Shown: positions 1 to 10,631 of the stretch, piece by piece
How the letters are laid out: every line of letters begins with the position of its first letter
Numbering within the stretch: the stretch's first letter is position 1
The notes under the pieces: model-generated
Told to the model about the DNA's origin: nothing
The model's input: the letters and a program-made list of their open reading frames with translations, nothing else
Database searches by the model: none
Position numbers and translations under genes: made by a program
Virus record (IMG/VR): IMGVR_UViG_3300007784_000003
Span: 1-30,270 of that record
Length of the DNA: 30,270 bases
Source: a virus
Lineage: Duplodnaviria; Caudoviricetes
Direction: 5' to 3' (one strand)

Positions 1-594
1 ATGTCTACCACGAATACCTTTGCAGAACTTACTGCAGATGGTCAGAGCGCAGCCTTTGAGTGCCCGGGTGATGTCAATGACATCGACGTGTACCTAGACG
101 ACGCCGAGACGTGGGGCAGTGGCACGCTGATTGTCCAGTCTTCGCCTGATGGCGGCACGACTTGGATTGCAGTGGCTTCTGCGAGCTGGACTTCTGGTGA
201 TGGCTACCTTGGTAGCGTTCGTGCCTATGGCAGGGACATTCGCCTGAGCCTGTCCGGTTCTACTTCCCCGTCGCTGACTGTCACTGTCCGTGCAACTCCG
301 GTTGCCTCGGTCGTTCGTAAGGTCGCAACTCTGACTGCCAATGGCAACACCGACATCGCACTGAATCGTGCTGGTGCGTTTGCCCTGTTTGCTCTGGGTA
401 CTTGGGACTCCGGTTCTTTGACTCTTAGCATTACACCTGACAATACCCTGTATGTCGACTCCGGTTTGACTGCGCTGACTGCCGATGGCGGTGAAGCGTA
501 TGCCAACGTCCCGGGTGACACGCAGCTGCGTCTGGTGCTGGCCTCGGTTGTGACTGCGTCGGACATCGACGTCTACGTCTACGAGACGGACTAA
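1..594 (+). CDS. Putative virion structural (capsid decoration-like) protein with two tandem ~95-aa beta-rich repeats
   Basis: Internal duplication (LTADG..TWGSGTL..SPD..IRLSL vs LTANG..TWDSGSL..TPD..LRLVL). Ser/Thr/Gly-rich. Lies just before a T-phi-position terminator and tail tube A. Upstream context is outside the window. Confidence 0.5.
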   Translation: MSTTNTFAELTADGQSAAFECPGDVNDIDVYLDDAETWGSGTLIVQSSPDGGTTWIAVASASWTSGDGYLGSVRAYGRDIRLSLSGSTSPSLTVTVRATPVASVVRKVATLTANGNTDIALNRAGAFALFALGTWDSGSLTLSITPDNTLYVDSGLTALTADGGEAYANVPGDTQLRLVLASVVTASDIDVYVYETD

Positions 595-603
595 AACCCC
601 CCG

Positions 604-640
604 AACCCCGGATGGCTTAATTGCTGTCCGGGGTTTTTTT
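604..640 (+). terminator. Intrinsic terminator (T-phi position)
   Basis: Stem AACCCCGGATGGC / GCTGTCCGGGGTT, loop TTAATT, with a run of 7 T at the 3' end; same position as T7 T-phi before gene 11. Confidence 0.85.
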
Positions 641-657
641 GCTTTCGGAGAACCCCA

Positions 658-1236
658 ATGGCTGGACTCAGCAAACTCAGAGCCGTGAATATCGCGCTCG
701 AGAACATCGGTGAAAGCCCGGTGAATACCCTGTCGGGATCCGGCGACGTGTTTACTGTTACTGCTATCGCGATACTGGAAGAGACTGTCCGTGACGTGTG
801 TGAGGAAGTCTGGAACTTCAACAAAGACACCGACTACAGCATGGTGCCAAACGTCTCGAACAACATCGTAATTGCCGACAACATGATTGCCGTCGATGGC
901 ACATACAAGACTGATAACTTCCAAGTACGTCAGGGCAAGCTGTACGACGCCGAGAACCAGACGTTCACCTTCACGGAAACCCAGAAGTGCGACATCATCT
1001 GGGAGTTCGAGTTCGACGACCTGCCCCAGCACGTCCGCAAGTACGCTGCTATCCGAGCCGCGCGTGTGTTCTCTGTGCGGATCCTTGGTGACACCACTGG
1101 TTCAAACCTGACGGAAGAGCATGAGCAACGCGCTCGCATGACCGCAAAGCGGCATGACGCAAAGAACAGAGACAGGACCATCTGGCAAGACTATGGCAGC
1201 GGTCTACACCGTCTCAAGAACCGGAGAATATTCTAA
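658..1236 (+). CDS. gp11: Tail tubular protein A (T7 gp11-like)
   Basis: N-terminal L.AVN..L..IGESPV..L motif, WNFN, FDDLP....KY...RAAR.F; 192 aa; GGAG RBS; gene order. Confidence 0.9.
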   Translation: MAGLSKLRAVNIALENIGESPVNTLSGSGDVFTVTAIAILEETVRDVCEEVWNFNKDTDYSMVPNVSNNIVIADNMIAVDGTYKTDNFQVRQGKLYDAENQTFTFTETQKCDIIWEFEFDDLPQHVRKYAAIRAARVFSVRILGDTTGSNLTEEHEQRARMTAKRHDAKNRDRTIWQDYGSGLHRLKNRRIF

Positions 1237-3308
1237 TGGCACAGGTCCGCAGACCAATCCCGAGCCTGCTTAACGGAATCAGCCAGCAGCCTTCGAGCTT
1301 ACGGCATCCCTCGCAGTGTGAACTGATGGCTAATGGCTATCCTTCGCTGGCTACGGGCCTGAACAAACGTGCTCCGTCTCAGCACCTAGACAAGATTACC
1401 ACGAGTACTTGGTCAGGAGTGCATACGCACGTTATCAACTGGAGTTCAAGCCTTCAGTTCCTCGTGGTTGTTCTTGATACTGACCTCAAGGTCTTTGACT
1501 TTGATGGCACCGAGAAGACCGTGAACTTCCCTGATGGTAAGACATACCTAAACTGCACTGACCCCACTACGGACTTTGCTACTGTTACTGTTGGGGACAC
1601 CATCTACATCGCAAACAAAGAGACGACCGTAGCGTTCGACGTTACGGTTGCTGGTGGTACGAGCCAAGGCAAGGTGCAGGACTTCGGTTCACTGCCTACC
1701 TCAGGCCTAACCAATGGGGACGTCTATCAGATTGTAGGTGACGACTCACTGTACTCCACTGGCTATTACATGAAGTGGAATAGCACTGACTTGATTTGGG
1801 AAGAGTGCCCCCAGGTTGGCATTAATACCACACTGGATCCGACCACTATGCCTCTGGCTTTGACCTACAACAGTGGAACCGGCCAGTTCACTTGTCAGGA
1901 AGTTACGTGGGCTACTCGTGTTGCCGGTGACGATACGTCGCTGCCGGACCCGTCCTTTATCGGACTAACGATTAGTGACCTGTTCTTCTACCGCAATCGA
2001 TTTGGCGTGCTCGCTGGTGAGAACATGGTGTTGAGCCGGTCAGGTCCCGACTTCGAGGACTTCTTTTACCAGACCGCATCGACCAAGCTGGACACGGACC
2101 CAATCAACCTCCGTGCGGCAAACGTCAACGTGTCAACCCTGAACCATGCGGTGGCTTACAACAGGCAGCTAATGGCGTTCGCTGACCGCACGCAGTTCTC
2201 ACTCAGCACTGCCATTGGGCAAATCCTGAAGGGTGAGACAGCTGCACTTGATGTGGCTACGAACTATTCCGCCAATGCGGTAGCCAAGCCGCTTACCGCA
2301 GCAGCGTCCCTGTTCTTCCCGTCCGAGGATTCGCTATTCGCGAATATCCGAGAGTACATCACCGCGAGTGACACGGAGATAACAAACGTCGCGGAAGAGA
2401 TTACGGCGCATACCCCACAGTTCATCCCGACTGGTGTGTTCAAGATGGTGGTTGCGGAAGAGGAAGACGCAATGTTTGTCCTCACTACCGGCAACCAGCA
2501 GCGCCTGTACCTGTACAAGTACTACTGGGTCAATGACGAGAAAGTCCAGACCTCATGGTCATACTGGGCGTTCGACGCCAACGAGACAATCCTGAATGTG
2601 GACGTCATCGACAGCTCGCTGTACCTGCTGGTGCTGCGAAGTGACGGTGTGTACCTCGAGCGTATCGACCTCACGGATGATCCAACGCTGACCGCTCTGG
2701 GCTTCACCTGCATGCTGGACTCGCGCGTGAAACTCACTGGTGTCTACAGTGCAGGGACGACGACTTGGACTCTGCCCTACAAGCATGCGGACGTGGCCGA
2801 CCTCGTTATTGTGAAGGGTGAGGATTGGACCAGCGAGGAAGGTTCAACAATCGCTGTGAGCGCCCTGACCGGCACACATGCAGTAGAAGCCACTGGTGAC
2901 TACAGTACGAATGATGTCTACATAGGCGTGCCCTACACGTTCCGGTATCGTCTCTCCGAACAGTTCCTCCGCAAGGATGAGCAGAACTCGGCAGACTCCC
3001 CGATCCTGCAGGGTCACCTGATCCTCAGGAGCATGTGGTTACGGTACTACGACACTGGGTACTTACGTGCAGAAGTCACACCTCGAGAAGGCCAGACTCC
3101 ATACGAATACATCTACAATGGAATGACATTGGGCTCTTCGGCTCTGGTCATTGGTTCTCCTCGATTCGACAAGGGTACATTCCGTATCCCGCTGCTGGCG
3201 AGTTCAAAGGACGTGCAGATTGACCTAGTCAATGACAAGCATGTTGGTTGTTCGCTGGTATCCGCAGAGTGGAACGGTACGTTTAACGCAAAGGCCGGGG
3301 GCGTATAG
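1236..3308 (+). CDS. gp12: Tail tubular protein B / nozzle (T7 gp12-like)
   Basis: Starts IPSLLNGISQQP..LR; contains R.AGDD...P.PSF.G..I.DLFFYRNR and SWS.W.F; TAATG overlap with gp11. Confidence 0.92.
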   Translation: MAQVRRPIPSLLNGISQQPSSLRHPSQCELMANGYPSLATGLNKRAPSQHLDKITTSTWSGVHTHVINWSSSLQFLVVVLDTDLKVFDFDGTEKTVNFPDGKTYLNCTDPTTDFATVTVGDTIYIANKETTVAFDVTVAGGTSQGKVQDFGSLPTSGLTNGDVYQIVGDDSLYSTGYYMKWNSTDLIWEECPQVGINTTLDPTTMPLALTYNSGTGQFTCQEVTWATRVAGDDTSLPDPSFIGLTISDLFFYRNRFGVLAGENMVLSRSGPDFEDFFYQTASTKLDTDPINLRAANVNVSTLNHAVAYNRQLMAFADRTQFSLSTAIGQILKGETAALDVATNYSANAVAKPLTAAASLFFPSEDSLFANIREYITASDTEITNVAEEITAHTPQFIPTGVFKMVVAEEEDAMFVLTTGNQQRLYLYKYYWVNDEKVQTSWSYWAFDANETILNVDVIDSSLYLLVLRSDGVYLERIDLTDDPTLTALGFTCMLDSRVKLTGVYSAGTTTWTLPYKHADVADLVIVKGEDWTSEEGSTIAVSALTGTHAVEATGDYSTNDVYIGVPYTFRYRLSEQFLRKDEQNSADSPILQGHLILRSMWLRYYDTGYLRAEVTPREGQTPYEYIYNGMTLGSSALVIGSPRFDKGTFRIPLLASSKDVQIDLVNDKHVGCSLVSAEWNGTFNAKAGGV

Positions 3309-3334
3309 CCCCCCGTCTTTATACGGAGTAAAGA

Positions 3335-3937
3335 ATGTTATCCCTGATAATTAAACCGATGAAGCTGATGTTCTGGCCGACTCTCAGGCTCGAGTGGGTG
3401 CAGTTCGCTGCACTTGCCGTGTCTGCTGCTGGTGCGGCAATGAGCTATTCCGGGGGCAAGAAAGCCGAGAAGGCTCAGCAGGACGCTGCGGAATACCAAG
3501 CTGCCCTCGCCAAGGACCAGTACAGGCTCCAGAAAGAGAGCATCGCTGCAGCTCAGGAAGAAGCCAAAAGTGCGGCTGCTAATGACCTGCATGACACTAC
3601 AGTCGCCTTCATGAAACAGCGGGCGAGTGTCATCGCTGGTGCGGGCGAAGCCGGTGTGGCCGGTGGTTCAGTTACACGCACTATCGTGGACTCTGCCTAC
3701 CAAGAGCAGGCCACTCGTGGACGTCACATGTCCGCACTCGAGTCGTACATGGCTAAGTCTGGACGTGACCTCAAGGGTGCTGCTATTGGCATGGCCGGCG
3801 CTATGGCACGTGACTACAATGGTGTGAGCAACACAACGCTTGCCCTGCAGTCCGGGCTCAACTTTGCATCATCCGCACTTTCAATCGATACCTCACACAA
3901 AGCCGCTGGTGGTGCTGGAATATTCAAGGAGAAGTAA
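3335..3937 (+). CDS. gp14: Internal virion / ejection protein (T7 gp14-like)
   Basis: Ala/Gly-rich hydrophobic segment near the N-terminus, coiled-coil, AGEAGVAGGSV motif; 200 aa; GGAG RBS at ~3325; precedes two large core proteins. Confidence 0.7.
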   Translation: MLSLIIKPMKLMFWPTLRLEWVQFAALAVSAAGAAMSYSGGKKAEKAQQDAAEYQAALAKDQYRLQKESIAAAQEEAKSAAANDLHDTTVAFMKQRASVIAGAGEAGVAGGSVTRTIVDSAYQEQATRGRHMSALESYMAKSGRDLKGAAIGMAGAMARDYNGVSNTTLALQSGLNFASSALSIDTSHKAAGGAGIFKEK

Positions 3938-6727
3938 ATGCCAAGGCAAAGACGCAAGCAGGCGACCGTCCGTGCAGGAGCTGGCGAGTCAACTATTACC
4001 AGACCTGCCTCTCCCGTGGCCGCATACCCTCCGTATGTCCAGTACATCAACGTAAGAGCTGACCGCTCAAAGGGAGCCAACGAGCTACGTGTAGGTGAAG
4101 CCTTGCAGGGCTTTGGTCGTACCCTCGCTGACACAGCCGTCAAGCGTCACGCTGAAGATGCCAAGAAGCGTCGACTGCGTGGCCAGGCCGATGCGCTGAA
4201 GACCGGCGCTCCTGAAGACTGGAGTGCGTGGCGCGACGAAGTGATGGCCGACCCGGAAAGGGGCGACGCCTACATGCAGGCCTATGGGACGCAAGCAGCG
4301 AAGCTTGCAGCTGTCCAGAAGTCTGCATCCCTCGCGGACGAACTCAACGCGCGTGAAGACATCACCGACGAAGGTGCGTTCAACGACTGGTTTGCTAAGA
4401 GCACGCAGAAGGACATTGAAGCCTTCCGTGAACTCGACGACATGCCTGAGGCACAGATTCAGTATCTGGCTGCAATAGAAGCAGCTGAGCTGAAGATGCG
4501 CGGAACGGTCAAGAAGCGCAACGCTGACATGGTCTATGAGCAGACCGAGCGTGACTTCAATATGGTCGCACGCTCCGAGCTTGAGATGATTAACGAGCGT
4601 GGGGCCGCTGAAGGTGAGCTGAAAGCATGGCTGACGCAGAAGACCAAGGATGCCAGAGAGCTGGGCCTGTCTCCTGACGACACTAACGAAGCACTTGTCC
4701 GCCATGTTGGTGAGATGGCTGTTGACCTTGGTGAGCCTGAAGTTCTCGACGTGTTCGCTGAGTCTCACCCGGACGTTACCGGCGAAGGCTCTGTTCCCGG
4801 GCTGCTGAATAGCTCGACGCATGGCCCGAAGATTCGCGACTACCGCAAGAAGGCTGTGAAGGAACGTGACGCTCTAGTCAATGAAGCCCTAAAGCGTGAT
4901 CAGTGGGAGCAAGAGAAGGCGATTGCTGACAGCATACGCGAAGGCAACACCGAGTCAGCCTTGGCCATGATCGATAGTCTTGTGGCTCAGGACCCAATGT
5001 TCACCAGCCGTGGCGTTGCGCTGCGCAAGGAAGCCCTGAAGACCGACAAGAAGGAAGCCCGCATCGCGCAGAACCTGAACAGGATAACGCTCGGTGACAC
5101 CCTTGGTATTGCCCCGGAGTACCGCAAAGAAACGATGACCGCTTATGGCGACCGTCAGATTGAGCGGGCTGGTGCGACTGGTGACTCTGAAGCCCTGTGG
5201 GAAGCACGCAAGGACATCGCCGCCACTGGTGGCCAGATAGGCATGATGTATCCCGCTGACGAGGCCAAGCTGAAGAAGCTGAACCTAGTGGACCCTGAAG
5301 CGTTCGCTGAGCAGATGACGCTGTTCGACATGTACCGTGGCGTAAGCCCGACGCTGTTGAACGACATGCCTAATGAGGCTCGCGACCTGTACAGCTCTGC
5401 CAACCGCATGATAGAGAGTGGTATACCTCAGGACCAGATAATGCTGCGCCTGCAGGAACTCCAGACTCCCGAAGCGCAGGAGCGCAGACGCAAGCTGGCC
5501 GCTGACTCTGACGTGCAGGACGACTGGCGTAAAGCCGCAGGTAACGTGGAGGCTCGCAAGGGTCTCTTCAACGACATCGAAGTCGAAGACCTGTTGACCG
5601 CACAGACGGACTCCGAGTGGATCCGGCAGCGCGCTCTGGACTACGCAGCCAGGACCGGCACGGAAGACATGGACGAAGCCATCGAAGTTGCCAAGGAAGA
5701 CTGGCAGAATGGCTTTGGAGTAGTCGACCTCCCTGACGGCACCAAGCAGTCATATTACAAAGGTAATGGGATGCCTGCAAACCTAGACGACATGATTCAG
5801 TGGGGCTCGGATGGTATCACCGAAGAGCTTAAGTCTGACATGGAGCCTGATAACTACTGGATGCTCATGCCTGACCCTGCGTCACGTAATGCCAAAGAGC
5901 CGCAGTTCATCGTCCGCGACAAGTACGGACGGTTGGAGTCTGAGGTTCGTAATGGTCTGACCGTGCCGAAGCGTGTGGGGCTGCGTGAGCTACAGAAACA
6001 ATGGAGCGACACCATGACCTCCGAAACTGAAGAGCAGCAGAAGGCACGCCAAGCGGAAAGGGCCGAAGGTTACACCGACCCCTACCGTGGACTGGCTGAC
6101 GACTTCATGCCTCCCTTTGAGGATCCCGCAGAAACATTCGCGGCTCCTGAGGGACCGTATGACCCGTCCCGTGGTGTGAAGCTGGACGACCTCGAGGATG
6201 ACTTCATGCCTCCGTTCGCCACAACCAAGGCGGCCCTACCGCCTGCCCTGAGCACGGCACTGGATCGCGTTAAGCAGTTTGAGGCGTTCCGTGCAGAGCC
6301 TTACTTTGCAACAGAGAAAGAGAAGGCTCGCGGACTCCAGACAATCGGCTACGGACGTACCTCGAACGTTACCGCTGGCATGGTTGTGAGTAAAGCTGAC
6401 GAGGAGAAGTGGTTGGCCGGTAAGCTGCAGGATACCGCAGACAGACTGGAACAGGTTGTTGGCCCTCAGTGGGACAAGCTGAACCCGAACCAGCAGGCTG
6501 CTGTCCTGTCACTGGCATACAACGTCGACGTAGACGTGGTTGGTCAGTTCCTCAAAAGCAAATCCCTTGCTGCGCTCAAGCGTGGTGACTATGAAACCTT
6601 CAAGCGTGAAGCATTCGATCCTGTCATTGGGTTCGTGAAGCAAGAAGGTGAAATTCTGCCGGGTCTGGTTAAACGCCGCAGGCAGGAGCGTGAGCTGTTC
6701 GACACAGTCACTGTCGCTAATAAGTAA
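3938..6727 (+). CDS. Internal virion protein (gp15 position) with C-terminal GH24-like lysozyme domain
   Basis: Large helical protein. The C-terminal ~150 aa has FEAFRAEPY...TIGYG, LNPNQQAAVLSLAYN and GLVKRR.QERELF, which are phage lysozyme motifs. Confidence 0.8.
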   Translation: MPRQRRKQATVRAGAGESTITRPASPVAAYPPYVQYINVRADRSKGANELRVGEALQGFGRTLADTAVKRHAEDAKKRRLRGQADALKTGAPEDWSAWRDEVMADPERGDAYMQAYGTQAAKLAAVQKSASLADELNAREDITDEGAFNDWFAKSTQKDIEAFRELDDMPEAQIQYLAAIEAAELKMRGTVKKRNADMVYEQTERDFNMVARSELEMINERGAAEGELKAWLTQKTKDARELGLSPDDTNEALVRHVGEMAVDLGEPEVLDVFAESHPDVTGEGSVPGLLNSSTHGPKIRDYRKKAVKERDALVNEALKRDQWEQEKAIADSIREGNTESALAMIDSLVAQDPMFTSRGVALRKEALKTDKKEARIAQNLNRITLGDTLGIAPEYRKETMTAYGDRQIERAGATGDSEALWEARKDIAATGGQIGMMYPADEAKLKKLNLVDPEAFAEQMTLFDMYRGVSPTLLNDMPNEARDLYSSANRMIESGIPQDQIMLRLQELQTPEAQERRRKLAADSDVQDDWRKAAGNVEARKGLFNDIEVEDLLTAQTDSEWIRQRALDYAARTGTEDMDEAIEVAKEDWQNGFGVVDLPDGTKQSYYKGNGMPANLDDMIQWGSDGITEELKSDMEPDNYWMLMPDPASRNAKEPQFIVRDKYGRLESEVRNGLTVPKRVGLRELQKQWSDTMTSETEEQQKARQAERAEGYTDPYRGLADDFMPPFEDPAETFAAPEGPYDPSRGVKLDDLEDDFMPPFATTKAALPPALSTALDRVKQFEAFRAEPYFATEKEKARGLQTIGYGRTSNVTAGMVVSKADEEKWLAGKLQDTADRLEQVVGPQWDKLNPNQQAAVLSLAYNVDVDVVGQFLKSKSLAALKRGDYETFKREAFDPVIGFVKQEGEILPGLVKRRRQERELFDTVTVANK

Positions 6728-6744
6728 ACTAACAGGAGACTCGT

Positions 6745-9700
6745 ATGAGTAATTTCATGAAGGACCATGTAGCCCCGCAGAATTACCTGCGTGTTGCTGC
6801 GCGTCCTGATGAGCCGGAAAGTGATGTTGGATTCGGTGACGCCTTGGGCGCATCCATCGACCTGACCTCTCCCATCCGTGCAATAGAAGGGCTGGTTGAT
6901 GAGTCGCGCATTGCTGCCGACCCGACCTACCAGCTCGACTTTGAAGCTGAGATGGAGGGTGTGCCTGAGTACGCCCGGCCCATCTTGGCCGAGACTCTCG
7001 AGTCCTCCAAAAGCCTAGAGCACACCAAGTACCTCAAGCAGCGCATGCTGAATGAGCTGAAGTCCGCCGACGAGATTGGAGCCTATACAGGCGACTCAAC
7101 TGCCGGTGCGATTGGTATGACTATCATGGCTTCTGCTCTGGACCCTATCAACCTTGCCGCCTCTGTTGGTTCCGCCGCAGCTGGCGTAAGGTTGACTCAG
7201 GGTCTAGCTGCACAGCGGCTTGGTCGTGTGAAACGTGCTGCAACAATCGCGGGTATCGAGGGGGCAGTGAATGCTGCCCTCGAGGTCCCCCTCTACATGG
7301 CTAACCCGACCAGCACCTCAGAAGACATACTCTGGGCTGCTGCATTCGGCACGGCTCTCGGTGGCACCATCGGTGCTGCTTCGAAAATCAAACCCCAGAC
7401 ACTCGGTAAGCGGGTGCTGGATCAGGACACCGTGAACGCTGAGCGCACCATGGACCGCATGGCGGAAGTGGAGGCTCACGAGATTGCCGGTGTCACACCA
7501 CCTAAGCAAGAGATCCCTGTGGACTTCCTGCGTGCGGCAATGAAAGACCCCATGGTTCGCAAGGCCCCAGCGCCTGCTCGCCCTGAGGTGTCAGCTGCCC
7601 GCACCAAAGCCATAGCCGACCTCGAGGCCAAGAAGGCTGAACTGGAAGAGCTGAACACCCGCACCCTGCCGGACGAGCCTGTTGCTCCCAAGCTGGGAGA
7701 CGAGGTAGCCGCAATCAAAGGCGAGCTTGACTTCGTGAAGCGTGTACGTGCAGGTGCTGAAGGTCTCAACAAGATCCAAGCTACGAAGGCTCAGATTGAA
7801 TGGGGACGTGCCAAGAGTACATTCCTCGAGTCTTACCGCAAGGTGGATCCCGAAGGCTACCAAGCTACCTTCCGCACCATCGACAGGCTGAACCCGCCGA
7901 TAGAGGAACTGGAAGCGGCCCTGCCTGCCATTGAAAAGCGTGTCGCTCAGATGCAGTCCCGTTACGAGAAAGACCTCGACGGATACGCTGCTGCTGTTGA
8001 CGCACTAGGTACACAGAAGGACGAGCTGCTTGATGCCATCGATGAACTTGATGCGCAAATCAAAGCGACCCCTGAAGTTGACCCTACCATCAAGTCGATG
8101 GGTGCGGCAGAAGCGGAGCGTGGTGGTATCGAACTCTCCAAGCTGAACGAAGAGGAACTCGACGCCCTGTATGAAGGACCCAAGGCTCGCCAGACACTGG
8201 CTGACTTTGGTGCCAAGGGTAACATCCCGGTGCGCTATGACCTCGCTGGCCAGCTTGACCGGTCACCGAACGTTATGGTGGCCGACCTCAGCCGACGACT
8301 GTTTCAGGATGCGGTGCCAAAGCTGGACCATGCGGTGAACCCGGAGTCCGCTTCGGAAATCGCTGAGCAGTTACGCGACGCAGTCATGACCATGTACAAC
8401 TCCGAATCCAACCCAGCGTTTGCTAATTGGGCCAAGGAGCGTGGCTACTACAGTGGTGCTGCTGCGTGGTTCCGCGATCCACACGGCAACGCACGCGCGC
8501 TGTTCGAGGAAGAGGTACGTGAGGCTGTGAAGGCTGGTGCTCACCCCGACGAGAACGTGATGCAGGCTGCACGCACCTTCAGCAAGCTGACTGAGCGTGT
8601 CCATGAGTTTGGCGAGCAGAACCTGCCAGGCTGGAAGGAGTTCCCCTACGACCCGACCTACGTGCCGCGTCAGTGGAACAAAGAGAAGCTGATGCATCTC
8701 AACTCCGAGTACGTTGCGGACCCTGCCAGCTTCAGCCCCGGTGTCGACTCGATCCTGGGCGAGCTGGTTTACCGTGGCTTCATGGAGCAGAACCCAACGT
8801 TCGACCCGGCGCGGACTGCACGCATCGCTAACAACGTAGCACAGCGGTTCATTGAGCGTTCCTCTAGCGTGGACTTTGAGTATCCCGACTTCGGTAAGCT
8901 CACGCGCGAGAAGCTGGAAGAGATGTTCGATGCTGTCGACATCACCAAGGTGGACCGTGAACAGTTCTTCGCGGGACTCGATACTCAGTACGCACAACCC
9001 GACGCTGGCCGTGTGTCCCATGCAAAGCAACGCATGGACATCAAGACGGACCATACGCCACTCGTGGCTCGCCGGGAGGATGGCACGGAGCAGGCCCTCA
9101 CACTAGAGGACGTGTTCACCCATCGCGCTGACGCCCTATTGCATGGCTACGTGAATCAGGTGGCTGGCTGGGGTTCGCTGAGCAAGGTGACCGGTGGCAA
9201 GATCCACAACGACTCAAGCCTCAAGCGTTACATCGAGGGTGTCAAGAAGTTCGAGCAGACCTACGTGGAGTTCGACAAAGCCAAGGGCTTCAAGCGCATC
9301 GACAGCGAGATTGACAAGCTGATGATTGGTGTGAACCACACACTAGGCCGAGCCCTAGAGGATCCCAATACGCAGATAGCAAAGACGAGACGTGTCCTGA
9401 ATGGCTGGAACTTCATGCGCGTGATGAACCAAGCGATATTCCCGCAGTACTCGGAGTCAAGCAAAATCATCAACGCCACCAGTCTGAAGACCGTGAGTCA
9501 CTATGCTCCCTCTGTGGCCAATGCGTTCAAGTTGATGAGAGCTGGCGCTGAGCTGCCGGATGACGTGAGGCTGTTGGTACTGGCCGCGCGTGAGTACGGT
9601 ATTGGTGGTTCCTATACGCGAGGAGCGACACATGTAAACCGCTACCAGTCTGACCTTGATGGCACCATGTTCAACAAGTACGACAAGGAGCGCATGCTCA

Positions 9701-10623
9701 TTGAGCACCTGAAGCGTCCTACCGCTGGTGTGCTGCAGTTCGCACTGGACCAGCAGGAAGTCCTGACGTTCATGTCTATGACCTCTGAATGGGGACAGCG
9801 GGCCAAGGGTCTCAAGGAGTTCACCAAAGGTGACTATGCGCGATTCGCATGGATGGGCCTCGACCGTAAGATGGTCGGTCGTATCAACAAGCAGCTGATG
9901 AAGCACGCGAAGGGTGAAGATGGCAAACCATGGGCTGAATCCGAGTCCAAGTACATTGCCGACCTGAACCTGAAAGAGTGGACAGACTACGTGGCGCGTG
10001 ACAAGTATGGCTTCGGTATGAAGCGACGCATCAGTGAGACGATTCAGACCAACAACCCCGGCAACCTTCCGGCGTGGTCACAGAAGAATCTCGGTGCAAT
10101 CGTTGCGCAGTTCCGTTCGTTCCCACTGGCAGCTCACCACAAGCAACTGCTGCATGGGCTGGGCTTTGGCGACATGCAAGCCTACATGACCTTCATGGCT
10201 AACTCTATGTTCGCCTCACTGGCTCGTGCCGGGCAGGTCTACCTGAACTCGCTCGGGCGTGAAGACGCTCAAGAGTACAGGGACCGCTACATGTCCCCTG
10301 ACATGCTTGCGCTGGCTGCGGTCGAACGTAGCGCATGGGCTGGCCTGCCGTCGCTGTTGCAGATGCCGAATACTGCATACCGCGTGATTACCGGAAAGCA
10401 TCCCGGAAGCATGCGCAGTACCGGCCTGCAGCGTGGCATCTCGGGAATCCCGGGTGTCGATGTGCTGGACAAGGCAATGAACATGAAAGGGTCCCTTGAG
10501 GACCTGCTCGTTAATGGTAACGTCCAACGTGCCTTCAAGGAAACGTGGGCACTCATGCCATACAGCAACATGCCTGGCCTCAAGAACGCAGCGGCTGCAC
10601 TCGCAGACCAACTGCCTGAGTAA
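6745..10623 (+). CDS. Large internal virion / ejection protein (gp16 position)
   Basis: 1292 aa; DPINL motif with Gly/Ala hydrophobic segments, YVPR.W, QFRSF; AGGAG RBS; directly before the tail fibre. Confidence 0.75.
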   Translation: MSNFMKDHVAPQNYLRVAARPDEPESDVGFGDALGASIDLTSPIRAIEGLVDESRIAADPTYQLDFEAEMEGVPEYARPILAETLESSKSLEHTKYLKQRMLNELKSADEIGAYTGDSTAGAIGMTIMASALDPINLAASVGSAAAGVRLTQGLAAQRLGRVKRAATIAGIEGAVNAALEVPLYMANPTSTSEDILWAAAFGTALGGTIGAASKIKPQTLGKRVLDQDTVNAERTMDRMAEVEAHEIAGVTPPKQEIPVDFLRAAMKDPMVRKAPAPARPEVSAARTKAIADLEAKKAELEELNTRTLPDEPVAPKLGDEVAAIKGELDFVKRVRAGAEGLNKIQATKAQIEWGRAKSTFLESYRKVDPEGYQATFRTIDRLNPPIEELEAALPAIEKRVAQMQSRYEKDLDGYAAAVDALGTQKDELLDAIDELDAQIKATPEVDPTIKSMGAAEAERGGIELSKLNEEELDALYEGPKARQTLADFGAKGNIPVRYDLAGQLDRSPNVMVADLSRRLFQDAVPKLDHAVNPESASEIAEQLRDAVMTMYNSESNPAFANWAKERGYYSGAAAWFRDPHGNARALFEEEVREAVKAGAHPDENVMQAARTFSKLTERVHEFGEQNLPGWKEFPYDPTYVPRQWNKEKLMHLNSEYVADPASFSPGVDSILGELVYRGFMEQNPTFDPARTARIANNVAQRFIERSSSVDFEYPDFGKLTREKLEEMFDAVDITKVDREQFFAGLDTQYAQPDAGRVSHAKQRMDIKTDHTPLVARREDGTEQALTLEDVFTHRADALLHGYVNQVAGWGSLSKVTGGKIHNDSSLKRYIEGVKKFEQTYVEFDKAKGFKRIDSEIDKLMIGVNHTLGRALEDPNTQIAKTRRVLNGWNFMRVMNQAIFPQYSESSKIINATSLKTVSHYAPSVANAFKLMRAGAELPDDVRLLVLAAREYGIGGSYTRGATHVNRYQSDLDGTMFNKYDKERMLIEHLKRPTAGVLQFALDQQEVLTFMSMTSEWGQRAKGLKEFTKGDYARFAWMGLDRKMVGRINKQLMKHAKGEDGKPWAESESKYIADLNLKEWTDYVARDKYGFGMKRRISETIQTNNPGNLPAWSQKNLGAIVAQFRSFPLAAHHKQLLHGLGFGDMQAYMTFMANSMFASLARAGQVYLNSLGREDAQEYRDRYMSPDMLALAAVERSAWAGLPSLLQMPNTAYRVITGKHPGSMRSTGLQRGISGIPGVDVLDKAMNMKGSLEDLLVNGNVQRAFKETWALMPYSNMPGLKNAAAALADQLPE

Positions 10624-10631
10624 CAATAAGT

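Noticed and set aside
94-1032. 312-aa minus-strand ORF and other long antisense ORFs (4085-4822, 8371-9054, 26572-27201, 28578-29543)
   Set aside because: They shadow well-supported + strand genes, as expected from codon bias, and show no motifs or RBS.
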